Source of the DNA: an uncultured Bacteroidota bacterium
Lineage (GTDB): Bacteria > Bacteroidota > Bacteroidia > Chitinophagales > Chitinophagaceae
Length of the DNA stretch: 64,000 nt
Assembly (NCBI GenBank): GCA_903874055.1
Contig: CAIQQR010000112.1
Span: forward strand, 1,467 to 65,466
Reading direction: 5' to 3'
Made by a program: the position numbers and the translations under genes. This document shows positions 49,984 through 58,995 of the stretch, piece by piece. The notes beneath the pieces are model-generated. The model had not been told where the DNA came from, did no database searches, and saw only the letters and a program-made list of their open reading frames with translations. How positions within the stretch are numbered: position 1 is the first letter of the stretch; each line of letters starts with the position of its first letter.

Positions 49984-51312
49984 ATGAATTTCACTGATTT
50001 AAACCTAAATACATCTTTAGTAAACGCATTAGACGATTTAAAATACAATAAACCCACTACCATTCAACATAGGGTTTTCCCAATTGTAATGTCTGGTCGA
50101 GATGTTTGTGGTATTGCTCAAACTGGAACAGGAAAAACTTTCGCCTATTTATTACCATGTTTAAGACAATGGAAATTTGATAAAAATAAAGCCCCTCAGG
50201 TTTTAATATTGGTTCCAACAAGAGAATTGGTTGTTCAAGTTGTGGAAGCAACCAAAAAATTGACTAAATATATGAATGTGACCACAGTAGGAGTTTTTGG
50301 TGGAGTAAACATAAATACACAAGCAATTGAAGTTGAAAACGGTGCAGATTTTATTGTAGCAACGCCCGGTAGGTTATTTGATTTAATCATGAATGGCTCT
50401 ATTAAAACAAAGACTATAAAAAAATTAGTCATTGATGAAATGGACGAAATGTTGAATTTAGGTTTTAGAAAACAAATTACTAACATCTTAGAGTTGCTTC
50501 CACAAAAACGTCAAAATTTATTATTTTCTGCGACAATTACAGATGAAGTGGAGAAACTAATGCATGATTATTTTACTGCACCAGAAAGGGTAGAAGCGGC
50601 ACCCACTGGTACTCCATTGGAAAACATCATTCAAATTGGCTATGAGGTTCCTAATTTCAATACCAAAGTGAATTTATTAGAGTTGTTATTAACTTCGGAT
50701 GAGACCATGACAAAGGTGTTAATTTTTGCAGCAACTAAAAGTTTGGCGGATCAATTGTATGACCAGTTAATAGAAAAATTTCCTGAAATTGTTGGAGTTA
50801 TTCACTCTAATAAAGAACAGAATTATCGTTTTAATACAGTGAATCAATTTAAAGCAGGTGTCTTTAAATATATTATTTCAACCGATGTAATGGCCCGTGG
50901 TATTGACGTTGCCGAAGTTACACATGTTATTAATTTTGATACGCCTGATGTTCCAGAGAATTATATACACAGAATTGGTCGTACCGGTAGAGCTGACAAA
51001 AAAGGTATTGCAATTACTTTTATTACGCCCAAAGAAGTTAAAGAAAGAGAAGCAATTGAAACATTAATGCGTCAGACAATTCCAATTACGAGTTTGCCTG
51101 AAAATTTAGAAATATCGAACATTTTAACGGAGGATGAAAAGCCAAAAGTGAGAATGAAAATCATTCAAATTAAGGTTCCTAAAAAAGAAGAATCTGGTCC
51201 AGCTTTCCATGAAAAATCATTGAAGAACCAAAAAGTGAATGTGCGTAAGAATCATAAAGACGCCATGACAAAAAAATACGGCAAACCTAAAAAGCGTAAA
51301 CCCAAAAAGTAA
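49984..51312 (+). CDS. DEAD-box ATP-dependent RNA helicase (RhlE-like) with basic C-terminal tail
   Basis: Q-motif region, AQTGTGKT, DEMD (DEAD-box variant), SAT and HRIGRTGRA motifs. Lys-rich tail KKYGKPKKRKPKK. ATG at 49984 is preferred over the GTG at 49978. Confidence 0.9.
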   Translation: MNFTDLNLNTSLVNALDDLKYNKPTTIQHRVFPIVMSGRDVCGIAQTGTGKTFAYLLPCLRQWKFDKNKAPQVLILVPTRELVVQVVEATKKLTKYMNVTTVGVFGGVNINTQAIEVENGADFIVATPGRLFDLIMNGSIKTKTIKKLVIDEMDEMLNLGFRKQITNILELLPQKRQNLLFSATITDEVEKLMHDYFTAPERVEAAPTGTPLENIIQIGYEVPNFNTKVNLLELLLTSDETMTKVLIFAATKSLADQLYDQLIEKFPEIVGVIHSNKEQNYRFNTVNQFKAGVFKYIISTDVMARGIDVAEVTHVINFDTPDVPENYIHRIGRTGRADKKGIAITFITPKEVKEREAIETLMRQTIPITSLPENLEISNILTEDEKPKVRMKIIQIKVPKKEESGPAFHEKSLKNQKVNVRKNHKDAMTKKYGKPKKRKPKK

Positions 51313-51385
51313 ATTTTAGCACTCCTTTATGGGGTGCTAAAAAAAATTAAGAAGAAGCGAAAGCTTCTGATGTGTGAACAAATAA

Positions 51386-51413
51386 ATACCCCTTAAATTT
51401 TATTAAGGGGTAT
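51386..51413 (-). terminator. Rho-independent terminator of ndk
   Basis: ATACCCCTTAA / TTAAGGGGTAT form an 11-bp stem. On the minus strand it is followed by TTATTTGTT. Confidence 0.65.
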
Positions 51414-51422
51414 TAGATTAAG

Positions 51423-51839
51423 TTAAAAACGCTCAAAACTGCTGAAGAAGAAATTGCCTTCAATTGCTGCATTCTCATCGCTATCACTTCCGTGTACTGC
51501 ATTTTCTCCAATTGAACTTGCATATTTTTTACGAATAGTTCCTTCTGCAGCATCTTTAAAATTGGTAGCTCCTATTAAGGTTCTAAAATCAGCAACCGCA
51601 TTATCCTTTTCTAAAATGGCAGCAACAATGGGGCCACTGCTCATAAATTCAACTAATTCACCATAAAAAGGTCTTTCTTTATGTACTTCATAAAATTGAC
51701 CAGCTTGAGCAGGGGTTAAATGAATCCATTTCATCGCTTTCACAGCAAATCCAGCCTGAATAATCTGGTCTAAAATTGCTCCAGTATAGCCTTTTGAGGT
51801 TGCATCTGGCTTAATCATTGTAAATGTTCTGTTGCTCAT
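51423..51839 (-). CDS. ndk: Nucleoside-diphosphate kinase
   Basis: TFTMIKPDA and NAVHGSDS (active-site His) motifs. 138 aa. Confidence 0.96.
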   Translation of the reverse strand: MSNRTFTMIKPDATSKGYTGAILDQIIQAGFAVKAMKWIHLTPAQAGQFYEVHKERPFYGELVEFMSSGPIVAAILEKDNAVADFRTLIGATNFKDAAEGTIRKKYASSIGENAVHGSDSDENAAIEGNFFFSSFERF

Positions 51840-51873
51840 GTTTATATTATTATAATGTTTCTAATTGTGGGCG

Positions 51874-51881
51874 CAAAATTA
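51874..51881 (-). promoter_or_regulatory. Candidate -7 box (TAATTTTG on the minus strand) for ndk
   Basis: CAAAATTA on the plus strand, 35 nt upstream of the ndk start. Confidence 0.35.
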
Positions 51882-51903
51882 CACAAAAACATTGATTTTA
51901 CAC

Positions 51904-51911
51904 TAAATTTG
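51904..51911 (+). promoter_or_regulatory. Candidate -7 box (TAAATTTG) for nrnA
   Basis: TAAATTTG ends 7 nt before the ATG at 51919, which implies a very short or absent leader. Confidence 0.35.
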
Positions 51912-51918
51912 TGCCCTT

Positions 51919-52929
51919 ATGCAACCAATTGAACAATTTTTCCCTAATCTTAATAAACCATTTAAGGCCGTAATTACATGTCACCAAAAACCTGATGGTG
52001 ATGCAATGGGGTCCACTTTGTCACTTTACCATTTTCTAAAATCATTAGGACATGATGTGGTTGTAATTTCGCCCACCAATTGGGCTCAATTTTTAGATTG
52101 GATGCCAGGGGTTGAGGAAGTAATTGATTTCGAAGCAAATAGAGAAAAATCTACAGAATTAGTAAATAATGCTGATTATATATTTTGTTTAGATTTTAAT
52201 ATTCTACATAGAACTAAACATTTAGAGCCAGTTATTGCAGCATCTAAGGCATTAAAAATCTTGATTGATCATCACCAACAGCCTGACACACCTAATTTCC
52301 ATTACGGTATAAGTGATGTAAAAATGAGTTCAACCTGTGAAATGATTTATGACTTCATTGTACAGTCTGGACATAGCAATATGATAAATATTGATATCGC
52401 CACTTGTTTATATACTGGTTTGATGACGGATACTGGTTCGTTTAGATTCCCATCAACTACTGCATCTGTGCACAAAATTGTAGCACATTTAAAAGAGTTG
52501 GGTTTACAACATGCTAAAATTCATGAAAATATTTATGATCAAGGCAGTGAGGCGCGTTTAAAATTTATGGGGAATGCATTTTTAAACAGAATGCAGGTTT
52601 TCCCTGAATTAAATACAGCAATCATGTCTATTCCCAAAACAGATATTTACCGCTTTGATTTAAAAACGGGGGATACTGAAGGTCTAGTTAATTATTTATT
52701 ATCGATTAGAGGCATCCGATTAGCAGCCATAGTAATTGATAGAGAAGAGGAAAGAAAATGGAGCTTTAGGAGCAAAGGTAACTTTGATGTGAATATATTT
52801 GCAAGAACTCATTTTGAAGGAGGAGGACATGCTAATGCAGCTGGAGGAAGATCTTCAAAATCGGTTGAAGAAACGGCGGAAGATTTCAAAAATATTATAA
52901 TAGACTATAAAACACAATTAACACAATAA
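51919..52929 (+). CDS. nrnA: DHH/DHHA1 family bifunctional oligoribonuclease and pAp phosphatase NrnA-like
   Basis: HQKPDGDAMGS, DHH (IDHHQ) and C-terminal GGGHANAAGG motifs. Confidence 0.85.
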   Translation: MQPIEQFFPNLNKPFKAVITCHQKPDGDAMGSTLSLYHFLKSLGHDVVVISPTNWAQFLDWMPGVEEVIDFEANREKSTELVNNADYIFCLDFNILHRTKHLEPVIAASKALKILIDHHQQPDTPNFHYGISDVKMSSTCEMIYDFIVQSGHSNMINIDIATCLYTGLMTDTGSFRFPSTTASVHKIVAHLKELGLQHAKIHENIYDQGSEARLKFMGNAFLNRMQVFPELNTAIMSIPKTDIYRFDLKTGDTEGLVNYLLSIRGIRLAAIVIDREEERKWSFRSKGNFDVNIFARTHFEGGGHANAAGGRSSKSVEETAEDFKNIIIDYKTQLTQ

Positions 52930-52936
52930 ACAAAAA

Positions 52937-53881
52937 ATGATAAAATCTACATTAAAGTTCGTCGCTGCTATTGTATTGTTTGCAAGCTGTAATCAATTCG
53001 AAAAAGCGCCATCAGGTATGCTTTACAAAATCACTCATGGTAGTGGTAATGAAAAGCCATTAGCTCAAGGACAATTTTTAAAATTAAATATTGAGTACAG
53101 ACTTAAATCAAAAGATTCTTTATTGCAATCTAATGTGGGACATATCCCTGCTTATTTACCAATCGACACAAACAGATTAAAAACTTCTAAGTATGAATTT
53201 TTAGAAGTAGTAATGAAGGCAAGAAAAGGAGACAAAATTGAATTCAGTTTAAGTTTAGATACTTTGGTTAAAATGAACGCCATTCAATTAAATAACATTT
53301 TCAAAGCTGGAGATGTAATTGTTGGAAAGGTTGAAATCTTAAACGTATTTAATCAAGAAAGTCAAGTTGCTGAAGATTATAAAAAAGAACAATTAGCTGA
53401 GACTAATAGAGAGATAAAAACAATTGAAGATTACTTAGCAAAAAATAATATTAAAGCAACTAAAACTCCAGAAGGTGTATTTGTTGTTGTTAAAGAGCCA
53501 GGTGATGCAGCTGCAAAAATTGATTCAACTAAAGAAGTAAGTGTATTTTACAAAGGCTTTACTTTGAAAGGGGAAGTATTTGATACGAATATCAAATCAA
53601 GAGATTCTGCATCTAAGCCTTATGAAGTTAATTTAGGTACAGGAACTGTAATTCCAGGTTGGGAAATTGGTTTAAAATATTTCACAAAAGGATCAAAAGG
53701 ATCACTTTATGTACCAGCAATGTTAGCATATGGTCCACAAGCAAACGGACCAATCAAAGCTTATGAAAATTTAGCTTTTGATATTGAAATTAAAGATGTG
53801 AATACTAAAAAGCCAGTTGCTCCAATGCCAAACTTAATGAATGGTGGTCAACAAGGTGGAAATCCAAATGCCCGTCAATAG
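52937..53881 (+). CDS. FKBP-type peptidyl-prolyl cis-trans isomerase, lipoprotein
   Basis: Lipobox LFASC. The C-terminal FKBP domain (VIPGWEIGLKYFTKGSKGSLYVPAMLAYG) is preceded by an N-terminal FKBP-like or dimerisation region. Confidence 0.85.
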   Translation: MIKSTLKFVAAIVLFASCNQFEKAPSGMLYKITHGSGNEKPLAQGQFLKLNIEYRLKSKDSLLQSNVGHIPAYLPIDTNRLKTSKYEFLEVVMKARKGDKIEFSLSLDTLVKMNAIQLNNIFKAGDVIVGKVEILNVFNQESQVAEDYKKEQLAETNREIKTIEDYLAKNNIKATKTPEGVFVVVKEPGDAAAKIDSTKEVSVFYKGFTLKGEVFDTNIKSRDSASKPYEVNLGTGTVIPGWEIGLKYFTKGSKGSLYVPAMLAYGPQANGPIKAYENLAFDIEIKDVNTKKPVAPMPNLMNGGQQGGNPNARQ

Positions 53882-53906
53882 TATTTTTATTTCGCTATAA
53901 ATAATT

Positions 53907-53942
53907 ACTCCTCAACATTAATTTGTTGGGGAGTTTTTTTTA
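53907..53942 (+). terminator. Rho-independent terminator after the FKBP gene
   Basis: ACTCCTCAACA...TGTTGGGGAGT stem followed by a T-run (TTTTTTTT). Confidence 0.8.
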
Positions 53943-53947
53943 AATTC

Positions 53948-54772
53948 TTAAGAAAGATAAGCAGCTAAATCAATCACTTCTTTTGCTTCCTTTACATCAT
54001 GTACTCTTAAAATGGATGCGCCATTTAAAATACCTGCTGTATTTAATACGGTAGTGCCATTTAAGGCTTTATCAGCTGTTACATTGAGTGTTTTATAAAT
54101 AGAAGATTTGCGGGAAACTCCCAGTAAAATGGGCAATTCAATAGAAGAAAAATCTGTAAGGTGTTTGATAATTTTAAAATTATCAGCAATACTTTTACCA
54201 AATCCAAATCCCGGATCAATGACCCAGTTGGATATTCCTAAATTGTTTAAAATTGTTTTTTTATTTACGAAATAGCTTTTTATTTCTTGTATTATATTTA
54301 CACGTTCAGGAATTACATGCATTGTATTTTGATCTCCTGAAATATGCATTCCTACATAAGCTGCCTGAAATTTAGCAACTACTTTAAACATTTGCTCATC
54401 AAAACTGCCACAACTAATATCATTAACTATATGAGCACCCGCTTTTAAAGCGCCCTCAGCAACACTACTATTAAAAGTATCGACAGAAATTAAAGTATTG
54501 GGGTAGGTAGCATGAATAGCCTCAATAATAGGTAGCACATTACTTAGTTCTTGGAAGGCAGTTTGTAGAGTGGCGCCTGGTCTTGTACTTTGGCCACCAA
54601 TATCAATAATTTGAGCTCCATCTTGAATGAATTTCCCTGCTTTTTCTACGGCCCAATCAATATTGTTAACCCTACTTCCTTCGTAGAAAGAATCCTGGGT
54701 AGCGTTCATAATTGCCATTATTTGTGGGGTCTTAAATTCCCATATTTGGTCTTTAGCAACAATTTTGAACAT
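53948..54772 (-). CDS. folP: Dihydropteroate synthase
   Basis: MAIMNATQDSFY, IIDIGGQSTRPG, DPGFGFGK and RVHDV motifs. Confidence 0.94.
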   Translation of the reverse strand: MFKIVAKDQIWEFKTPQIMAIMNATQDSFYEGSRVNNIDWAVEKAGKFIQDGAQIIDIGGQSTRPGATLQTAFQELSNVLPIIEAIHATYPNTLISVDTFNSSVAEGALKAGAHIVNDISCGSFDEQMFKVVAKFQAAYVGMHISGDQNTMHVIPERVNIIQEIKSYFVNKKTILNNLGISNWVIDPGFGFGKSIADNFKIIKHLTDFSSIELPILLGVSRKSSIYKTLNVTADKALNGTTVLNTAGILNGASILRVHDVKEAKEVIDLAAYLS

Positions 54773-54813
54773 AGTTTTATTTTAAAGGCGTTATGCAGTA
54801 TCTTGCAACTGTT

Positions 54814-54821
54814 CAAAGTTA
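54814..54821 (-). promoter_or_regulatory. Candidate -7 box (TAACTTTG on the minus strand) for folP
   Basis: CAAAGTTA on the plus strand, 42 nt upstream of the folP start. Confidence 0.35.
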
Positions 54822-54851
54822 TTAACTAACCACGAAATTTGTACGTATTTC

Positions 54852-55397
54852 ATGAGCCAAACTTCTTCACAATTTGATCAGGCAATTGCCTCTTGTAGTG
54901 ATATTTTCATTAAAAAAACCAAGGATTATGGAACTGCATGGAGAGTTTTGCGCATAATTTCTGTAGTAGATCAAATATTTATAAAAGCATTACGTATTAG
55001 AACTATACAAGATTTGGGTACACAAAAAGTAGGGGATGATATTAAAGATGAATTCAAAGGCATTATAAACTACTCGGTAATTGGATTAATTCAATTAAAA
55101 TTAAATGATCCAAAAGTGGAAGATCTTCCAGTAAATCAAGTTCAAGAGTTGTATCATCATTATGTTGATTTTGCAAAATCAACGATGCTTGATAAAAATC
55201 ATGATTATGGCGAAGCTTGGAGAGATATGAGTCAGGAAAGTTTTGCGGATTTAATATTGGTAAAGTTGTTGCGTATTCGTCAAATTTTAAACAATGATGG
55301 TAAAACTTTAATCAGTGAAGGTATTGATGCCAACTTTGTAGATATACTAAACTATGCTGTATTTGCACTAATACTCATTGAAGAAGGCAAACACTAA
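54852..55397 (+). CDS. DUF1599-like protein (two internal repeats)
   Basis: Two homologous halves: KDYGTAWRVLRIISVVDQIFIKALRIRTI and HDYGEAWRDMSQESFADLILVKLLRIRQI. Divergent from folP, as is usual for this family in Bacteroidota to my recollection. Confidence 0.8.
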   Translation: MSQTSSQFDQAIASCSDIFIKKTKDYGTAWRVLRIISVVDQIFIKALRIRTIQDLGTQKVGDDIKDEFKGIINYSVIGLIQLKLNDPKVEDLPVNQVQELYHHYVDFAKSTMLDKNHDYGEAWRDMSQESFADLILVKLLRIRQILNNDGKTLISEGIDANFVDILNYAVFALILIEEGKH

Positions 55398-55422
55398 TTA
55401 ACTCTATTAATAAATCAATTTT

Positions 55423-56496
55423 ATGCAATCATTTTTGAAAATATTGCGTTGGAGTGTAGGCTTGTTATTTATTTTTTCAGGATTAATCAAAGCCAATGAT
55501 CCATTAGGATTGAGTTATAAAATGCAAGAATTCTTTGATGTTTGGGGGATGTCTTTTTTGGCTGATTATACATTAGGCTTAGCATTTGTAATGAACATTT
55601 TAGAAATTGTAACTGGCATTGCATTAATTATAAAATTCCCCTATAAACAAACATTGTGGTTGTTGTTAGCCCTAATTATATTCTTCACTTTCCTTACTGG
55701 ATATGCATTGTTTTCAGGTAAAATTAAAACCTGTGGATGTTTTGGGGATTGTATTCCATTAACTCCGAAAATGTCATTTATAAAAGATATCATTTTACTT
55801 ATTTCAATTGTCATTTTATTGTTTACTCAGAAAAAAGTAAAGACTACAATGCATAAAGTATTAGGATTATTTATTATTATATTGGCTACTGCTGGAGTAG
55901 GCTACGGACAACAATATGTTTTGGCTCATTTACCAATTATTGATTGCTTACCCTATAAAGTAGGTAATGATATATTGGAGAAAATGAAATCACCAGCTGA
56001 TGCAGTTGCTGACAGTATTTCTATTCAAATGGAATTTGAAAAAAATGGGAAATCCTTTTTATTTGATGCCAATCATTTTCCGGAAAACTTTGACTCAAGC
56101 TATAATTTCAAGAGCAGAAAAGAGGTGTTGGTTCATAAAGGGAATGGGTTAAAAGCGGCAATTGACGACTTTAGTCTAAATTCAATATTCACGAATGTAG
56201 ATACAAGTAAGGCATTATTTACATCTTCAACCCCTTATGTTTTGGTATTTGCAGGCAATATTAATCCAAGTATTCCTTGGGATTCTTTAATGTCAACACT
56301 ACATACCAAGCATAAACTAGTATATGTCGTAACTGCAGATAAATCAGGCGCTTCTAGTCTTCTAGCAAAAGAAAATATTCTAATAGGGGATATCACTATG
56401 ATTAAAACGGCGGCTCGTGTATGGCCATCTGTGGTGATCATGAATGGGTCAACTATTATGCAAAAACAATCTTATTTAGATTACATAAAAAAATAG
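55423..56496 (+). CDS. DoxX/MauE-like membrane protein with C-terminal soluble domain (BT_3928-family-like)
   Basis: N-terminal 4-5 TM with a CGCFGDC motif. C-terminal region of about 170 aa. 357 aa. Confidence 0.65.
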   Translation: MQSFLKILRWSVGLLFIFSGLIKANDPLGLSYKMQEFFDVWGMSFLADYTLGLAFVMNILEIVTGIALIIKFPYKQTLWLLLALIIFFTFLTGYALFSGKIKTCGCFGDCIPLTPKMSFIKDIILLISIVILLFTQKKVKTTMHKVLGLFIIILATAGVGYGQQYVLAHLPIIDCLPYKVGNDILEKMKSPADAVADSISIQMEFEKNGKSFLFDANHFPENFDSSYNFKSRKEVLVHKGNGLKAAIDDFSLNSIFTNVDTSKALFTSSTPYVLVFAGNINPSIPWDSLMSTLHTKHKLVYVVTADKSGASSLLAKENILIGDITMIKTAARVWPSVVIMNGSTIMQKQSYLDYIKK

Positions 56497-56552
56497 AATT
56501 TATTTAGAATCTAATATTTAGTAACTTAGGTAACAACCTTAAATTACTTGAT

Positions 56553-56981
56553 ATGTCTAAGATTAAAGAAATTCTACAAAAAAAAGGACCCGTTTTTAAT
56601 GTAGTTAGCCCAGACACCAAAGTGGTTGAAGCTTTAAATATTATGAAGTCCGAAAACCTAAGTTATGTAGTTGTGATGCAGGATACCAAATATTTAGGTA
56701 TCATGTCGGAGCGTGATTATACACATAAAATAAAACTACAAAATAGACATTCTGAATCAACAACAGTAAAAGAAATTATGTCTTCGGATTATCCAGTAAT
56801 TGGTTATAGTGAGGATTTGCAAAGGTGTATGGTTTTAATGAATGTATATAAAACAAGGTACTTGCCTATATTTGATGAAATGGAATTCCAAGGCATTTTA
56901 ACCATGCATGATTTAATGCGTGAAGTGATTGCTAAGGATGATACTTCAAAACCTGGGAATGATAGTTTGTACGAATTATAG
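56553..56981 (+). CDS. CBS domain pair protein
   Basis: Two CBS-like units (VVVMQDTKYLGIMSERD; LPIFDEMEFQGILTMHDL). 142 aa. Confidence 0.83.
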   Translation: MSKIKEILQKKGPVFNVVSPDTKVVEALNIMKSENLSYVVVMQDTKYLGIMSERDYTHKIKLQNRHSESTTVKEIMSSDYPVIGYSEDLQRCMVLMNVYKTRYLPIFDEMEFQGILTMHDLMREVIAKDDTSKPGNDSLYEL

Positions 56982-57006
56982 TATTAAAACTATTTTTTGA
57001 ATTGGG

Positions 57007-57288
57007 TTATTTAATGATGACTTCATTAATCATATTTTCTCCCATTTTTTCATTTACCCTCTCTATAATTTGTACTTTTTGAAAACCTAGTTCATTTTTT
57101 AATGGGCCTACATTGGTTTCAATAAATAATTTTTTGTCGAAAATGTAAATCTTATTAGTATACTTTGCAATGGTAGTACCCATAATTTCAGCCCAAACTT
57201 CTTCAATTTGTGCTGCTCTTATTCCGTTTTTTATTTTACTGCTTTGAACAAATTGTTTCAAAGCATCTCCAATTTTGAATAATGCCAT
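57007..57288 (-). CDS. DUF721 (DciA-like) protein
   Basis: 93 aa, located immediately downstream of recF. The W..I.G motif region (EEVWAEIMGTTIAKYT) is typical of DUF721. Confidence 0.72.
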   Translation of the reverse strand: MALFKIGDALKQFVQSSKIKNGIRAAQIEEVWAEIMGTTIAKYTNKIYIFDKKLFIETNVGPLKNELGFQKVQIIERVNEKMGENMINEVIIK

Positions 57289-57309
57289 AGGGTTGCAATT
57301 TACTTAATT

Positions 57310-58398
57310 TTAAAGCTCAATTTCAATTAATTGATAACTATCCAAATGTTTGCCAAGTAATGTTCCAACACGATCTTTATGCGTGTCTGTAATAAATACT
57401 TGTCCATCCGTTGAATGGCTCACCCAGGAAAGTAACTGAATCATTCTTAGCTCATCTAGTTTTTCAAAAATATCATCCATTAATAAAATAGGAGAGAACC
57501 CTTTATTTAATTTAATTAATTCCCATTCCGCTAATCTTATGGCAAATAATAAACTCTTTCGCTGTCCTTGTGATGCTTCTTGTTTAAAGGATTGTCCTTG
57601 AATGGTGATTATCAAATCGTCTTTATGTATACCCACATTGGTTCTTTGTAATAACTTATCTTTCTGTAATGAATTTTCTAATATTACATTGAATGATCCA
57701 TTTTGTAATTGAGATTGATATTCAATATTGATTTGATCTTTTTGTCCAGCAATGTTTTCATATAATTTCAAAATTGCTGGTAAATAAGTGTTAATTAATT
57801 CAGTTCTAGCTTTGAAAATTATTTCTCCATGTTGAATCAATTGACCATTTATTGTTTCTAATAACAATGCATCTAAAACACCTGTTTCATTTGACTGTTT
57901 TAATAAACTGTTCCGTTGGACAAGTACTTTGTTATAAGCAATTAAATGTTTAAGGTATTCAGGATACATTTGAGACAACAAACTATCCATCAACCTTCTT
58001 CTTTCCTCGCTAGACCCAGTAATAATTTGTACATCATCTGGGGCAATCATTACACAGGGAACTTTACCAATATGTTGAGACAACTTTGTATAAGGTTCTT
58101 GATCGTAATAAAATTCTTTTTTTAAATTTTCTCTTAAAATACAAGTAATAGGCGTGAGGTCTCCATTAATTTCATACTTTCCTTCCACGCGCATACCTTG
58201 AAATGCATGATGTACATTTTGGGCATCTGGTCTACTAAAATAACTTTTGGTAAAAGAAAGATAATAAATGGCATCCAAGACATTCGTTTTGCCAGTGCCA
58301 TTGGGCCCAACTATACCCACAATTCTATCTGTAAATACAAATTGCTTTTGTATGTAGTTTCTAAATTGAACTAAAGAAAGTTGTTGAAGCCTTACCAT
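57310..58398 (-). CDS. recF: DNA replication and repair protein RecF
   Basis: LSLVQFRNY, GPNGTGKTN Walker A, SQGQRKS signature and LLMDDIFEKLD Walker B motifs. The ATG at 58398 is preferred; 58413 is possible. Confidence 0.92.
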   Translation of the reverse strand: MVRLQQLSLVQFRNYIQKQFVFTDRIVGIVGPNGTGKTNVLDAIYYLSFTKSYFSRPDAQNVHHAFQGMRVEGKYEINGDLTPITCILRENLKKEFYYDQEPYTKLSQHIGKVPCVMIAPDDVQIITGSSEERRRLMDSLLSQMYPEYLKHLIAYNKVLVQRNSLLKQSNETGVLDALLLETINGQLIQHGEIIFKARTELINTYLPAILKLYENIAGQKDQINIEYQSQLQNGSFNVILENSLQKDKLLQRTNVGIHKDDLIITIQGQSFKQEASQGQRKSLLFAIRLAEWELIKLNKGFSPILLMDDIFEKLDELRMIQLLSWVSHSTDGQVFITDTHKDRVGTLLGKHLDSYQLIEIEL

Positions 58399-58448
58399 GG
58401 GTGCAAAATACATAAGAAAAAGCTGTATTTTTATTCAAATTTTAAGGA

Positions 58449-58973
58449 ATGACCCTAATAAGTGAGCAACAACTTCCTAGTATCGTTAAAAGACTTGCCC
58501 ATCAGATTTTAGAGACCTATCCAGGATTACAAAATGCCGTAATTGTTGGATTACAACCTAGGGGGGTGTTTTTAAGTGACCGAATTGTGGCTGCATTACA
58601 ACAAGAGCTTTCTAATGATCAGGTAATTTACGGCAAATTGGATATTACTTTTTATCGTGATGATATTAGAAGAGAACTCCATGTACCCACCCAAACCGAC
58701 CTACCATTTAGTATTGAAGGAAAAACAGTGATTTTGATAGATGATGTATTATTTACAGGCAGAACCATTAGGGCTGCTTTGGATGCATTATTGTCCTTTG
58801 GCCGACCTTCAAAAGTGGCTTTATGTGTATTGGTGGACCGTAAACCAAGCAGAGAACTACCCATTCAACCTGATTTTTCTGGAAAAGAAATGGATGCGCT
58901 AACTACACACAAAGTTAAAGTACGCTGGAAGGAAAATGACGGGGTGGATGACGTGATTTTGATAGGTGAATAA
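58449..58973 (+). CDS. pyrR: Bifunctional pyr operon regulator/uracil phosphoribosyltransferase PyrR
   Basis: PRPP-binding motif VILIDDVLFTGRTIRAA and the DITFYRDD segment typical of PyrR. Confidence 0.92.
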   Translation: MTLISEQQLPSIVKRLAHQILETYPGLQNAVIVGLQPRGVFLSDRIVAALQQELSNDQVIYGKLDITFYRDDIRRELHVPTQTDLPFSIEGKTVILIDDVLFTGRTIRAALDALLSFGRPSKVALCVLVDRKPSRELPIQPDFSGKEMDALTTHKVKVRWKENDGVDDVILIGE

Positions 58974-58995
58974 TTTATATTAATTTTGTTTTTTA

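Noticed and set aside
51316-51368. Hairpins after the DEAD-box helicase gene (TAGCACTCC/GGGGTGCTA, and AGAAGC-GAAA-GCTTCT)
   Set aside because: I did not call these as terminators. The first has its T-run 5' and its A-run 3' (the wrong orientation on both strands), and the second has no U-tract. They may still pause or stabilise transcripts, but the evidence is insufficient.
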